From the NCBI GenBank assembly GCA_964276515.1, contig OZ193909.1:20522001-20586000 (forward strand): a stretch of DNA of 64,000 nucleotides, given 5' to 3'. The position numbers and the translations under genes are program-made. Shown here piece by piece: positions 1 through 14,200 of this stretch (within the stretch, counting starts at the first letter, position 1; every line of letters starts with the position of its first letter). A model generated the notes under the pieces. That model saw only the letters and a program-made list of their open reading frames with translations. It did not search any database and was not told where the DNA came from. This DNA comes from Gordius albopunctatus (Eukaryota).

Positions 1-1440
1 ATACACCAGCTGTTGTCTTCAAAATGGAGGAAATTTGAGACACAATATACCATATGGAACATATGGCATTAGCATTCTATCTAGTCTATCATTATACATT
101 CATCATTAATTTGCAGGCAATTTTTTATACGGTTTCGCAATTCATTTATGCCAACAAATTATTTTGCATAGTTTTTTATTCAAAGTGCAAAGTTTTTTTT
201 TGCCATTTTTCAAGTTTTGATTTAAATGTTAAATTTTTTATTAAATGTTCAGATTTTTATTTATTTGCTCAGAGATTTATTACACTTGCCAAGTTTTTTT
301 ATGCAAAGTGGTTTTAATTTTTAACTAAAAACAGGTAAGTGCGCTTCATATAAACATGATAAAAAATTGATTACTAGCCCATCTATACAACTCAATTTAT
401 GGAGCATCAACTACCAATGAGCCAATGAAAATAAAAATGTTATATCACTGGAAACCCCTAACTATATTGAATATTATGTTGCTTCAGACAGCAATATTAT
501 TAATAAAGATGACATTGAAATTAACAAACTAATTAATTACAGATCAATTGATGAATGTACAAAGAATATTTCAGAATTTTGGATTGTAAATATGCCAATC
601 AATCCTCACCAATGGGATAAAGGAATTTGTAATTGCCCTGCATTTTTCAAGCAATACATTTGCAAACAGGTTGTAGGACTTTGAATCAAGCTTAAATTCT
701 GCAAACCTCCTATAGAAGCCAGAAATATTAGTATTGGTCAAAAAAGACGAAGCTAAAAATGTTTTAATTATACCTTAATTTACTAATGGAATATAACGGT
801 TTGTTGCGTTTTTGTATATATTATTTTAATAAATGATTATTAAAGGCATCATTTTGTTTGTTTTTAATATACTTTGATTATAATAGGTACTTAGAGTTGT
901 TATATTGCTAACTTTCTTCAACTCCAGCTACCATCTGCTCTAGTTTCTGCTCGGCCCTCGAGCATTTTTATATGCTAATGTTCTACCTAGTGCACCGAAC
1001 AGAGATCACATATTGTGCTAACGCGCATATTAAGCAACTCAGTGTGCGTGCTCGCGTCTGGAGTTTGAAGAAATTTAGCAATTTAACAACTCTATAGGTA
1101 CTTAATATAAAGACAATTCTTAATATACAAATTTAGAGTAATAACTTAAACGATTATAAAAGCTCTCTAAGGTTTCCACACCTAAATTATATTTTTTTAT
1201 TCTTGCCTATAAGGCCATAAAACATTTAAAATTTTAATGATGCACAAAAGATTCAAAATTCTTGTGTTAAATTTTTTTAATAATAACTGAGCATATTTTG
1301 AAAAAAAACTGAAAATTTTTTGAAAATTACTGAACATTTGTTTACAAAAAAACGGAACACTTTTTAATTAAAATCTGAGCATAAAAAAACTGAACATTTT
1401 TAATTAAAAACTGAGCACAAACAACTGAGCATTATGGAAT
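1..1440 (+). mobile_element. Degenerate Mutator-like (MULE) transposon remnant with SWIM zinc-finger fragment; runs off the window start
   Basis: About 620-750 translates GICNCPAFFKQYICKQVVGL*IKLKFCKPP..., a CxC-x7-CK(H) SWIM-like motif with a stop. Tandem AACTGAGCA-like units at ~1284-1432 resemble MULE subterminal arrays. Confidence 0.6.
892..1094. mobile_element. hAT-type MITE family A, copy 1 (~203 bp), nested in the MULE remnant
   Basis: TIR TAGAGTTGTT...AACAACTCTA; perfect 8-bp TSD TAGGTACT (884-891 and 1095-1102). Confidence 0.9.
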
Positions 1441-1579
1441 TTTTTACTATGCATTTAAATATTACCCTTTATTTATATATCAAAAATGGAACTAAAGCTA
1501 ACTAGCGGTCATTAGCTAGTCTATAGAAAGTCTCTTACAGAAAAATAAATAATTTCCAAAGCAATTATAAAAAAACTAC

Positions 1580-1646
1580 AATTTGGACAGGATGACGGAC
1601 GAACGGACAGGACAACGGAAAGCGAGCTCTTAAATTGCATAGCAAT
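1580..1646 (+). repeat. Short dispersed repeat with GACGG microsatellite-like core (DINE/HINE-like)
   Basis: GGACAG...GACGGAC...AAAGCGAGC(T/C)C(T/A)TAAATT recurs at ~23209-23280 and ~42533-42586. Confidence 0.5.
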
Positions 1647-3157
1647 TACTAGTTATTACCAAGATAATTATGAGTTAGCTAACAAAGCGTATAGTACTTA
1701 TCCATCTTAACGCATTCGATATTTACATGGTTTTAAATTAGAAGGGGGGTGGAGGTGAAAACTGTCAAATGATCGATGAATAATTTACATAAAAGTAAAA
1801 CTTGTAAACCATATTAACACAAATCCTTTTTATTCATTTAAATAAAGGTAGACTACCCAGTTTAAAAAATAGAAATTTTTTAGAGATAGGCAACGGGCAG
1901 TTTTTATGAGGTCCACCTGCACTTCCGGTTCGATAACTTCAAGGCCCGCTCCGTCCATAAATTTTTTTATGTGCCTCAGGCCCGGCCCTCTACTAAGATC
2001 ACCGCAGGTCCAGTAATACAGCTCTACAATCCACACCTTGATACGTAACAATATATTAAAATTTTTAAAAGTGAGCCCGAGTTTTGTGATTTGTTTAACA
2101 TAGAATTTTTAATAATAAACCGTAATTTGAATTTGTAAAAGAGACTCTTTCGAAGGTTACCATTTATTAATTCGAATGAATGCCTTGCTTTTTTGTGTAA
2201 TTATTAGTGTTTGATCCACATTTGGTTTAACTAAGATTGTGTTCAGTGGCCTAAAAGGGGGATTTTTGATTAATAACTAAATAAAAAGGGTTAAAATATT
2301 ATAGTTTCGTTACAGCAAAGACCTTAAGACACTTATAAAAACCTGGAAACATGATATATACATCTAATTTTTTTGATTTAATTTTTGAAAAAATACGTTC
2401 TAAAATTTCCGAAAACGATTGTGATAATTTCTACGGAACATTTATTGCCCGTGAAAACACCAGACAGCCCCAGGAAGTAGATAACTAAGAGATTGTTATA
2501 ATGCTCCTCGTTCTATATAATTTTAATACTTTTATCATTTAGTATCATATTTGTCTAAAATTTTCTGCTAGAAACCATCATGGTTTGATAACTAAATTGC
2601 CTGCCAAGGCCAGCCAAAACCCTTTAATTGCCCAATTCACTAATGCTGTCCGAACAGCCGGTCCCAAAGACGATTTTAAATTTTAAGAATTAATTTTGAC
2701 TTATTTTCTAAATTTTTTGATGTAATCCTAGAATTTTTATAAATAGAAAGGTGACAAAAAATAGTAAACTATATAAAAAATCTCATTATGGTGCCCGGCG
2801 AGGCCTACTTAAAAATCTCAATTAAGAACGGGAGCCTGCCCGATCCCTTAGCCGAGTGGGCCCAGCAGCGAGCCCGACTTCTTGGTTGTTTAACTTTTAC
2901 TACGCCCCTGACTCTGGTCTGTTTTTAAAATTAGGACCAAGCCTAGTGGTGACCCACAAATGTTTGGCAAGCAAAACCCAGCCAATTTTAGAGCACTCGT
3001 AATTAGATATCCACGTGTCCGTAATTGTGGACGCACTCATTTCTAAACCAATAAAATTCTAAATTTTGCCCAGCATTTTATATATTAATTTTTAATTGTG
3101 TAAAAGTGTAGTCATATAATATGAAATAAAGGAAGAAAAAAATTTTAAAACTAATAT

Positions 3158-4178
3158 ATGGTCAAAACCGTTTAATTGCAAAGTCTTGGGTCTGAATAAA
3201 AATTCGCGATTAACCGATATTTCGCGATTAGACGATGGAAAAAGAGAAAATATTAAATATATAAAGACATACGCTTCGCAATAAAACGATATTTTATATA
3301 ACTGTATGGATGATTTAAGGACTCTAAGATGTTTGTGAATATCCGATATTGTAGTATTATCGTATTCGTAAAAAGGGAATACGATTAGAAATATAAAAGT
3401 GTTTGAAGGAATGGGAATCATCAGGAGTAATTATCAAGGAATAAGGAACGGTATTTGGATATATGGGGGAGATGGCCGGGCTTAAAGCCTTTAAATAAAG
3501 ATGACTTTATAGCTTTACATCATATTATGTATATTTTATTTATATCCGAGAAACAAGAATAAATTAATATAATCAAATGATTTTTGATACACTGTGCGTA
3601 TATCGAATCCAATGAAGCGTGCAGTAATAATATCGGGGGCAGAAATAAATAACCAATACGTATAAGCGCTTCGGGGGAGGAATAACATACGCGTACTAGA
3701 CAGTAAATGTAAAAGAATAGTGCTGGTGGGTAGAGTTGTTAAATTGCTAACTTTCTTAAACTCCAGCTACCATCTGCTCGAGTTTCTGCTCGGCGCTCGA
3801 GCATTTTTTTATGCTACTGCTCTGCCTAGTGCACCAAACAGCGAGCACATGTTGTGCTAACGCGCACATTAAGCAACTCAATGTGCGTGCTCGCGTCTGA
3901 AGTTTAAAGAAAGTTAGCAATTTAACAACTCTACTGGTGGGAATACAGATGTTGTACGGCGCGGCGCGTAAGATCAAAAGAATCTTGTAATCCATTAACT
4001 TTTAAATAAGCATGGGGGGTGGGACAAATCTCCGGATACGACAAGTACTAAGCGATTTGTCAATAAACGATGTTTTTGTTAATATCATCGTTTGACAAAA
4101 AAAACAAAATGGCGGTTAACTTCGCGATTAAAAGATTTTCGCGATAATCCGATATACGATTAAGAAGTTTCGACTGTA
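3158..4178. mobile_element. Tc1/mariner-like non-autonomous element (longest copy of its family here)
   Basis: Ends GTCAAAACCGTTTAATTGCAAAG...AAGTTTCGACTG|TA; shares sequence with 16916-17242 and 27427-27751; TA at the right flank. Confidence 0.65.
3731..3933. mobile_element. hAT-type MITE family A, copy 2, nested in the Tc1/mariner-like element
   Basis: Same TIR and internal sequence as 892-1094; perfect TSD CTGGTGGG. Confidence 0.9.
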
Positions 4179-4499
4179 GCCCGAAATGCAAAATGGTGAA
4201 GGTGAGAGGTAAAAATGTTCCTGAATAAGTGGAATAAATATGAACACCATTTTCATATACGGATCCCTAATTTATGTTCATGATAAATTTTCTGTTCAAG
4301 AATCCATATAAAAAAATTCTCTAGGCCCGACCATTTAAACAAAATTAGGCCCTTCAGTGCCCTTTATTAAACTTGTTGTGCCCGCGCGAGCCCATTTCTT
4401 ATCTTTTTACACAACATTATAATTTAGCTGATTTATAGTCTCCTTTTAAAAAAGATTAATTATATTAAAGAGTTGGAATCTTTATCCCCTTTATTAAAA

Positions 4500-6047
4500 C
4501 ACTCCGTCGGTCGGGTGGGGTCATAATGACCCCAAGCCGTTTAAAAACGCTGTAAAAGAATTAGTGAATATTACAATTTCATTTTTTCAGTAGCTTAACA
4601 AAATTTACCCTAGAATATCTCTGCAAAATTTGGCTAGTTTTTATCCAATAGTTTTTAAGATACAGCGTGTTTTAGAGGAAGACCCACGTTCCACAATATG
4701 AACAAAAAAAAATTTACAACATTTTTTTTTGAAATATATTATTATAACCCATTATCGTAAACCCACCTGTGAAAAAATTTTTTGTATACATTTCTTTTTA
4801 TTGAAAATATTCAAATTTTAAACTCTAATTTTACATGTTAATTTTTCCTCGTGGTAATTTAAAGTGCTTATTTGTGTAGTTTTTCCCACATTTTTTAATT
4901 TTTTTATGTCTAATCTTGAAAAATGCAACATTTTTGATAGTTCTATGTCTGAAGATTAAGATGGTATATACACATAACAGCTATAACATTTTTTCAAGTA
5001 GTTATTGATGATTCTGATGATTACATCTACCTAATAAGGGGGTTAATGGGAGATGAAGAGTTAATTGATATGCATAACAAAAATAGTTTTAAACTACTTA
5101 TTAAGGATGAAAGAGTTGATTATAGTGAAATTTAGCAACCAAAGAACACAAGATAAAATTACTCTCAAATAACGCAATGCTATTATAGGCATATTGTATA
5201 TTTTAGATGTACAATAAATTTAGACCTTATAATTGATTTTTTATTTGTGTAAATTGAATCATCAAAACCTCAATGACTTATTGAGCAGAGATGGCTTAAA
5301 CATTTTTAGAGCAACAATGTCTCATTTGTGTATATATTTTGTAGATTTTCAAATGAATAAATTTAATTAGTATTCTGTACCTTTTAGATTATATCACTTG
5401 AGACAAAGTGACCAGATTTAAACATTTTATCTCAAATAATTAGAATTTGTGACTAAAAATATATATATATAATGTGTATGTAACTACTTTTATAGCCTAA
5501 TAAAATTTCTTATATAACATTTTTCATTTAAATTTTTTCTCATATTTTTAATTTTGATCTTTTATTATGAATCTGTATAAAAAAATTTATAAAATAACAT
5601 TTCAATTTATAAGAATATATGTTGAGACCAACAGTAACTCTTTTGCTATAAAAAATTAAAGGCCAAAAATTGCCTAAGTTTGAACATCTCTTTTTTTTGT
5701 TTTTGGGTTGATTATTACCAAATTTTCCACATTTATAGTTTCAACCTTCTTTCATAAGATCTTATTAATTAAACCATAAAATAAAATATATTTTTTGGGA
5801 TATGAGGCAAAATAGTCATTAGGGAAAAAATTCTGGGGGTCGTTCTAAATATAGATCTAAAATTGTAACCACTTGATCAAATAGCCAAATTAATATATTA
5901 ATGAACGTATAAGAGTTGAAATATTATTCTTGCACGTTTTGGCGAGTTTATATTATAAAAGATGGAAGTTATAGCTATTTAAAGTTTGGGGTAATTATGA
6001 CACCAAATACCATCTGTGTTAGCATTTTAGACCCGACCGACGGAGTG
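4500..6047. mobile_element. piggyBac-like non-autonomous DNA transposon
   Basis: Perfect TIR CACTCCGTCGGTCGGGT / ACCCGACCGACGGAGTG; subterminal palindromes GGGGTCATAATGACCCC and GGGGTAATTATGACACC. Flanks are only TTAA-like (AAAA / TTGA), so the superfamily is tentative. Confidence 0.6.
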
Positions 6048-7344
6048 TTGATGTGACTCATGTTTACATGCCAAAAAATTATTTAAAATTTATACCTTAT
6101 ATCTTATAGAACTAATTTATTTTTAAAAAATTATCCCATGTAAGCTCGCGGCTTAAATGCTTGTTGGGACTTCACTAAACAGCTCCCACGATGTGGAAAG
6201 GGGATAAATACAATTTTCATTTTTGTCCGAATAGTGGCCATGACCCTCGGTAATTTAGATCCCGAGGGTAGCCAATCCAAAATCTATTGCCTCAACTACA
6301 CACAACTTCAAATTTTTTCTATATAACCCCGCGTTTGTGATGACGCGCGAAAGCGAAGTGAATTTTTGTGCCAATTTATCAGACTTTTCATTAGTTTTCT
6401 TCTTAATATCTTCATATTCATCGTGAATTTTATCATATATATCACGAAAATAACGATTGTAAATATGAGGTGTTCATACTGAAACCGCAGACGATTATTT
6501 TCGTCCGCGGCAAAAAACGAACGAAAATACGATAATACAAATCATTTTGTACTTTTTGCGCAATGGTTAAAAAATTGAATCTGGTATGTATGTATTTTTT
6601 ATATAATTGTTGTATATGTTTATAGAATAATTACGATCTTATCAATGAATACCGTTGATGTATGATAAATTTCACGGTGAATATAAAGATATTAATAAAA
6701 AAATGAAAAGTTTGATAAATTAGCCCATCACGAACGCGGGGTAAGCAGAAAATCATCATGAAAATTATAAAATCCAATACAATTTCTATCCATAGCTCTA
6801 GGCCTGCTGATTAATCTAATATATTTTAGCATGTATTATTCACAAAAGCTCTCTAGGTAAAAAAATTTTTAATATTTTTTTTTCAATTATATCGGATTTG
6901 TTTTTGCTATAGCCTAAGCCCATACCTTATACATTAAATTAGTAAAAGGTCAGAACACAACTTTTAAAAACATTTGCTCTATATAATTTTTTATATTATA
7001 ATACCTTAAATAAATACACATCTATCGAAAATCTAGTTATCAAAAAAGTTAAACATGGAAATAGTTTTCTACTTGTAGAACAAATAAATTTTTCTAAAAT
7101 TTAGTCATAAATAAAAAAAAAAAAATTATATGAATTAATATAATTCAACCAAAGTTTTATAAAAGCCGAACAATAAAAATATGCAAAGGTTAGTTGGCCT
7201 ATAAAATTAATATAATAAGGCATTTTATGTTGACCTAATATAAAAATACATCAAATCTATGGTTATATTTTTCCTCCATATTGAAATATTTCACAATTTT
7301 TTTCCAAAATACATATCATTTAAATATAATAAACAATTAAAATA

Positions 7345-9910
7345 TCATATTTCTCGTTTATAAGAAGATTCGTTACAGAGAGGTAAACCAAAAATATCCT
7401 GTAAAATGGTGAAAACTTCTAGAAAGTTTTGATATTCTGAATGTCCCTTGGGAATAATGGATCTATTTTCCAAGTAATGTTGGAGTTTGTCACTTTTCTA
7501 AAAGGAAAACACAATTCATAAATATTATTTTAAGTTTTAATTTTAAAATAAAAATAAATTTGTGGAAAAAGAGACCTTAATTATTAATAATAATTTTTAT
7601 TTAAAACAAAAAATGAAATATTTTTGTGCAAATTAAGCAGAGAGTAGTGTTGTAAAAACTGCTGGGTTTTGGTTTTAGTTGACCAAACATATGTGTTTGG
7701 TGTTTGGGAAACAGACCAGAGTTAAACACTAGTCTTGGTTAAACTAACTAAAGGTGGACTAAATTAAACCCAGTCATTTGTACAACACTAGCACACATAT
7801 TACTGGTTTTAGGGTTGATAATTTTTCTTTCAAATTTTTAAGATTTCCCAGGGCATTATCATAGGATGATTTTATTTTCATACTTTCACCCTTAGTTTGT
7901 GATAATTGAGCATTAACTGATAACAACTGAGTTCTCATATATTCCAATCTATAAATATAAACAAAATTTTGTTTAAAAACTAATTTTTTTAGACGTTAAA
8001 TATAAAAATGTGAAATAGCAATTACTTGGAATTAAGTTTTTCGTTGTCTGAAGTCAACATTTTATGGGATTTGCTGAGATCCTCTAAAATCCCAAAAAAT
8101 ATTTGAGGTTCAGAATTTCTAAAAAAATATATAATAAATATTAATTTGATTATATATATAAGTTATAAATAAAATATAATTTATAATATTGAAAACTTTT
8201 CTTAGGTTAGTAATATATAAAGTTCTAGGCTCATTTTAATGCATAAATTCTTTCAATAAATTTGATATATCATTTTCCTTTTATTATTATTAAGGTTTGC
8301 AAAATTTTTCAGTCATATTAATAAACGTTTTTTGTTCTTTTATACAGCATGTGTATAGAAATGTTAATAAACTATGCTAGAAAGAAGTATCAAATTGACC
8401 ATTAATCTAAACGTAGAAATATTTAACAAGGCCACATATATAATAATTCAGTAATACTTGCATTAAAAAATAAGCACTCTTTGCCAAACCATCTTGATTA
8501 TAATTTTTACTTATTTTAACAATTATTTTAATATAATTATTATAAAGATTTTTATCTTTTGGTTTTCCATTGATATAAAATTATCTAAATCTAACTTGAA
8601 TTTGTCACTAGGCATAGTGTCTTTTGAATGAATGAAAGTTTTAGCTAAAAGCTGCCATTCTTCCAATTCTTTGCAATTCATATCAAATTGATGCTGTAAT
8701 TTGGGATAATCAACATGACAAATCTTTTGACAACAATCAATTTGATGTCTAAGTTTTTCAATTTCTGTCACTAACAAATAATTTTGATCTATTTTGGAAC
8801 TTTAAATAAATTTATAATTCATTATAACTGATTATATAATAAAATATAAATAAATTTGTAAATGATAGAGTATATTAAATACTTTGATAGAATGATAGCT
8901 GATTTTAAATCAGAATTTTCCTTCTGTAATTGAGAATAGCTTTCAAAAATATTCCCAATATTTTGAGATCCAAAGTTATTAGCTTTGCTGTCAGTTTCTA
9001 AGACAGATATTTGACTCTGAAGTATCTGAAATTTATTGATATACAAATTAATAAAGATTTAAGAAATAATAAAAATAGTTTAAACAAGTTAAAAAATACT
9101 TTTATTTCTATCTCTGCTTCTTCGTATTTTGCAGATTGTTTCATCAATGAGTTAATTTGTAAATCTTTATTGCTGCTTTCTTGCTTCAAATTTTCTAATA
9201 ATTTGGTTTTAGCTTCCAGATTACTAGAGGCATTCAAAAGGTCTGACTTCAATCTTAATATTTTAATATGTATATAGTCTAAACTTACTTTAACACAGTT
9301 TTATTTAAATCATCTAGAGACTTTTGCATGGATAACTTTTCCTAATATATTGAATAAAATTAAAGCCCAGTAAAAGTATACTTGATTGAACCTATCCTTA
9401 TAATTTTTTTCAACCATATTCAGTGCCTTGATCTTTTGTTCTTTGGACATGCATAAATTTTTAGATTCCATTTTTAACTTATCTAAATTTGCACTTAACT
9501 TTTTAATGTCTAATATCAAGCGTTGAATCTCATTTTCTTTTTTGTGCAATTTCTCATTGTTGGCCTACCATTATATATAAAGTTAACAAAATTTTCATTA
9601 AACTTTGTTATTAGCTTGTAGTTGAACAATTAATGTTTCAAAAGCGCTTTTTTCTGATAGACTTTCTTCTTTAAGCTGCTCTAAAGCAATGTTTGATTCC
9701 AGTATTTGGGTATTTAGTTTCAACATTTCTAATTTATCATCATTTTCTAGATTACTTATAATTCAAGTATTAATATTATCTACTTTGTGATACTTTTTTT
9801 AAATGTTGCATCTCAAAAATTTCAAACTCATCATCTTCCAATCTTACCTTTTTGACAGGGGTTAGCCGCGTTTTCTGCAGTAAAGCCAAATCAAATGCAA
9901 TATCTTGCAT
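7345..9910 (-). CDS. Multi-exon coiled-coil protein of unknown identity
   Basis: Putative ATG at 9910 (MQDIAFDLALLQKTRLTPVKKVRLEDDEFE..., NLS-like PVKKVR). Heptad-rich E/K/L/Q ORF pieces at 9310-9549, 8998-9252, 8822-9046 and 8523-8777 separated by short AT-rich introns. Last exon 7497-7345 (KSDKLQHYLENR...SYKREI*) joins in phase 0 to a donor at 7803. Internal boundaries not all resolved. Confidence 0.7.
7645..7790. mobile_element. MITE family with TAGTGTTGTAAAA-type TIR (representative copy)
   Basis: TAGTGTTGTA...TACAACACTA ends; related degenerate copies at ~26644, 35860-35988, 37836-37957, 39467-39568, 41328-41455 and 52922-53333. Confidence 0.6.
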
Positions 9911-10183
9911 TTCTTAATTAGATATTTATGTGTAACACAAATTAATCAAAATAGCACTAAACTAACAAAACATATGACACTTTAAAATTATCAAATCTAA
10001 TGCAAAAAGTTACCTTCGACATCGACATTAATAATATCACAAGCTACGAAAAAAATAATAGACGTAATCAAATTTTAGATCCGATTTTGAAAGATATTAT
10101 AACGTATAAAAACAACGGGATGAAAAAAATTTGAAAAAATTAAGAGATGAGTCGGAATAAATCTTTCATGTGTACACCACATT

Positions 10184-10864
10184 TAGAGCCCTGCACGGGC
10201 TGCCCGAAGCCCGACCCAAGCTTGGCCCGATCGGATTTCAGGCCTGGCTCAAGCAAAATTTTATAAAATTATTGGGCCTATGGCTCGGATCGGGCCTGAT
10301 AAGGCGGCCCAAAGCAAACTAATCTTTTATAAAAAATGATTTAAATAAACTCAACTCGGATTGAATAATTATCTTTGGACAGCGTACATATTATAGGTTC
10401 CGAACTTCAGCTTTTTTCCCCTGTCTATTACAATTTAACTGACTTGAATTGTAAATCTTTTTCTAGTATTTAAAATATTCATAGATGTTAGAATTTTAGA
10501 AACAAGATAAGTGAATATTGCAAAAAAAAATTAAAATGGAACTGTTAAAGTAAATTTTTTGTAAGTTATATTTTTTGTTAAAAATTATTAGCTAAATAAA
10601 TTATAACGAGTGAAAATGGATTTTCTATTTTATACTTATTCTAGTTGCAAATTACGAGTATTAACAATCTAATGTATTTTATATTTAGATGGTGAAACAA
10701 TTTACAAAAATAAAATTTTTCAAGGTTTATTCCAAAAATTGAGTCGGGTTCGGGTCGGGCCTGAAAGAAAAAAGTCTTTCCGGCTGGGGTCGGGGAAAAT
10801 AAAAATGGAGAAGTCGGGCCCGCGCCGGCCTCGAGCAGAAGAAATTATATTTTGCAGGGCTCTA
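10184..10864. mobile_element. hAT non-autonomous element, family B (TAGAGCCCTGCA TIR)
   Basis: TIR TAGAGCCCTGCA / TGCAGGGCTCTA; perfect TSD ACCACATT; CCCGA/TCGGG subterminal repeats; internal sequence matches ~39600-40091 in reverse. Confidence 0.9.
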
Positions 10865-11243
10865 ACCACATTAGAGTATTTATACATATCCGTGCCTACA
10901 TAATAAAATTTTAAAAATCTTAGAAAGATATCAAATGTTTATATTTTTTTTAAAACTTGTGGAATACATTTGAGCCCCTTGGCCGTAAATATCATATTTA
11001 TTTACCTTTTATGATTTCGCTATCACGATTTTAGGGTCAATAAAGTAGTTCCTAAAATTAACTATAAAACGCTCTAAAGTAATAATACCAGAACAATTTA
11101 GGGATATTTATTGATACAACAACGCGTACCACAGATAATATATTTAACAAATTTTTATACAATCTAATTAATTAATTATAACTCAGAGCCCTCAATGCCG
11201 GGTGGGGGATGTTTTAATAATCTAGGCGGCCATGCTGGATGTG

Positions 11244-14200
11244 TCACGTGACTGGAGTCGATGTTAGCAAAGGATAATCTGTAATGTCAACGGTTAAGCC
11301 ATTAACCGTTACTTGATAAGTTTTAGGGGCTTTGTTATCAAACGTGTATTGATCGGGGCTGGGAGTTTCTTCGTGATTTTTCTTTAATTTTGCCGTCTTT
11401 TTGATAACCCTAAGGGATTTAGGTAGCACAAATAAACAAATGGTTGATGCTTGAGATCGCGGAAAATTAGGCAAATCGAATCATAATTAATCATTGCCGC
11501 AGTCATTTTGGGAAATAAATAGACCTTGGCTATTTGAATAAATGTATAAATGGATGGAGTTAGCGGTTTTTAAGTCTCTAAGTCAGTTAGCTTTACTACT
11601 GACGACCTAACTAGAGACCTGCACGGCGGCCCTAGACCCGGAAAAGGCCGGGCCTTAAATTTTGAGGCTTCAAAATTCCGGGCCGGGCCTAATTTATAAA
11701 TTATAGGCCCGGCCCGGAATAACTTAAAAGAGCCTAAGTAGCCTTTTATTCTGTTTAAAACAATCTATAATATTTCAAAAAATTAATTACAAGTTATTGA
11801 ATCTGTTAAACACTCATTTATTCATTTCGCGCTTATTCTAAAATACAAACAATTAAATATGGAACAAAAAAATCTATTGCTAATAGATGTAAATATTCAG
11901 AAAGAATTTTATAAAGTAAAAGAAAATTTTAGAGAAAAGAGTGAAGTATGGAAAAGATTATATAAGAAAGTAAATTTTTTTTTGTAAGATCTGGAAGAAT
12001 GTGTTATCCTATAATTCTTGCTCATCAGGTAATTATTTATGTTAGTTTTGATAATGCTTAATATGGAACACTCATCTCCAAAGGCACAAATGCTCTAAAG
12101 AAGAGAAAAATTGGACAATTACCTATGCAAGCCACTTTCAACAAAACTTACAAATCCTGCAAAAATCTAAAAAGATCTCATATCTTCAATACCCCAATTT
12201 TGTGGAATGGATATGGCATGAAAGATCTTCTACGAAGAAAGATGTAGAGGAAAATGAAGTTGACACCAAGACAAAGTTAAAGATCAACGAGAAATAAAAT
12301 AGAATTATCCGATCGGTGGAAAGACCAGAGTGGTCATTTCCAGCGCTTAGCCCTCTTGTTTGTAAGATTTTTTCGACACCTGATTTGGCCTCGAGTGAGA
12401 GATGTTTTTCGTCAGTGGACCGCATTTATGAAGAGCGGACAACAAATTTAGAACACGGAAATTTTTGAAGCCTGTGTTTTTTTGCATCAAAATAGTTTTA
12501 TTATCAATTTATAATTTTTTTATGTGCGTTTTATTATTTAATAAAAAATTTTACGAAAATTAAGTTTGATTAAGTTTTGATCTTTTTTCGATTCCGGGCT
12601 CGGGCCGGGTCTTTAAAAAATCGATTTTGCAGGTCTCTAGACCTAACTCAGAATTCAAAAATTTCACCGACCTCCGTTTATCATGGCAAGTAGTTCAAAT
12701 AAGGCGATTAATTCATTAACCACGCCAAAATAAAATGATGATTGGCCAATCAACCAACCCTTTGAAAGAGATATAATTATAAGCAAAACTTTGGGCCCAA
12801 ATTAAAGCTAAATTACTAATGTTTCTGGCTAGTATTAAATATATATACAAATCTAACATAATAACTTATTAATTTCCCGCAAATATTTTTACCCGTTGGG
12901 GGCCCTAGTGGAGTTTGGCGGATGGGGTCCACCTTCTTCCTTCACCCCCACAACTCCTAGTGACGTCATCACCTCGACAAGTGGCAGAGGATTAGGTTCG
13001 AACCGAGTTGGTCCATCTGCCGGCCGTGTAGCTATCACGTGATCGGGCGGTTTCAAGGCTGTGGGGGTGATAGGCATCACATGATGGGGCGGTTCCTCGG
13101 CTTTGGAAGTGAGACCATTAAGGCGATCCATCCACCTCTTTTTACGACATTTCGAGGGGGTGGGGGGCGACAGGCCGATCACCGACGTCGGAGGGAGCGG
13201 ATCAACCAGCTGTTTGGGGGGCGATACCGTAGTGAGGTAAGCTGAAAGGTTACTACCCACTACCCGGGTCATGTACATCTCGTCTTCGCTGTCCATCCCC
13301 GAAGACCCAGAGGCTACGGAGGGCGGGTCAGGGCCAGAGATTAGGGACGGTTCCGCCTCGTTCGGTTGGGGGGTAAGGTGAGGATTTTTAAATTGATTGA
13401 GGTATTCGCAGAATTGAAGCGGCACCGAAGGTCTAGGGGCTGAAACAATCACAGGTGCCCTGGGGGTGAGGGGTGGCGAGGTACGACCCCTTCGTTTCCA
13501 ACTGTGTAAGAAATTGAGGTAGGCGTCGGTGGGGGGTAGAGGAGTGGCGGGGTTGAGCGAAGACATCATAAGTGTAGCTAGGAAGGAAGAGGGCGGTTCA
13601 TCCCGATCCCCGGGGGGTGAAGGTGAGGGAGGAGTGAGGGTGGGGCGTTTTTTCAGGGGTTTATGGGAGGTGGGGGATGGGGTTGATGAAAGGAGTAGGA
13701 GAGTGTCGGCGGCAAGGTCTAAATTTTTTTTGAAACTGCAATCAACATCCTCGGGGGGAGTTATGATGTCTTGAGAAGGTTGCTTCGATTTAGCCTTTGG
13801 TCCGGGTTTGAGTTTCGGGGTCTTTCCCCGCTTCAATTCAGACTTTTTAAGGGTTGAAGACCACCTATCTGACGCCGCAACGGGAGCTGATTGTTTCACT
13901 GAATCTATTATGATGGCTGAAGAAATAGAAATAACCGCTGGTGTTGGTGGTGATGTGCTGCTTTTATCGACGCCCGCTAACGCTCGTTGAGCTATCATGA
14001 TATTGGGGTTAAGTCTCGGTTTTCTACCATAGCAATTAATAACATAGCATCATCACAATAATCAATGTCATGAATCATATTAATGTTAAATCTTTAATAT
14101 GAACACACGTGGGCATAGCCGCCGCCCCCCCCTCTGAATCCAAAAATTTGTTCAAATTTTGGCTAAAATTTTAAAAAATAATCCTTTTGCCTTTTTTTAA

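Noticed and set aside
54..3995. Short ORFs 54-317, 1830-2051, 3092-3421, 3756-3995
   Set aside because: Low-complexity F/I/L/K-rich or inside MITEs; no splice-linked partners or motifs.
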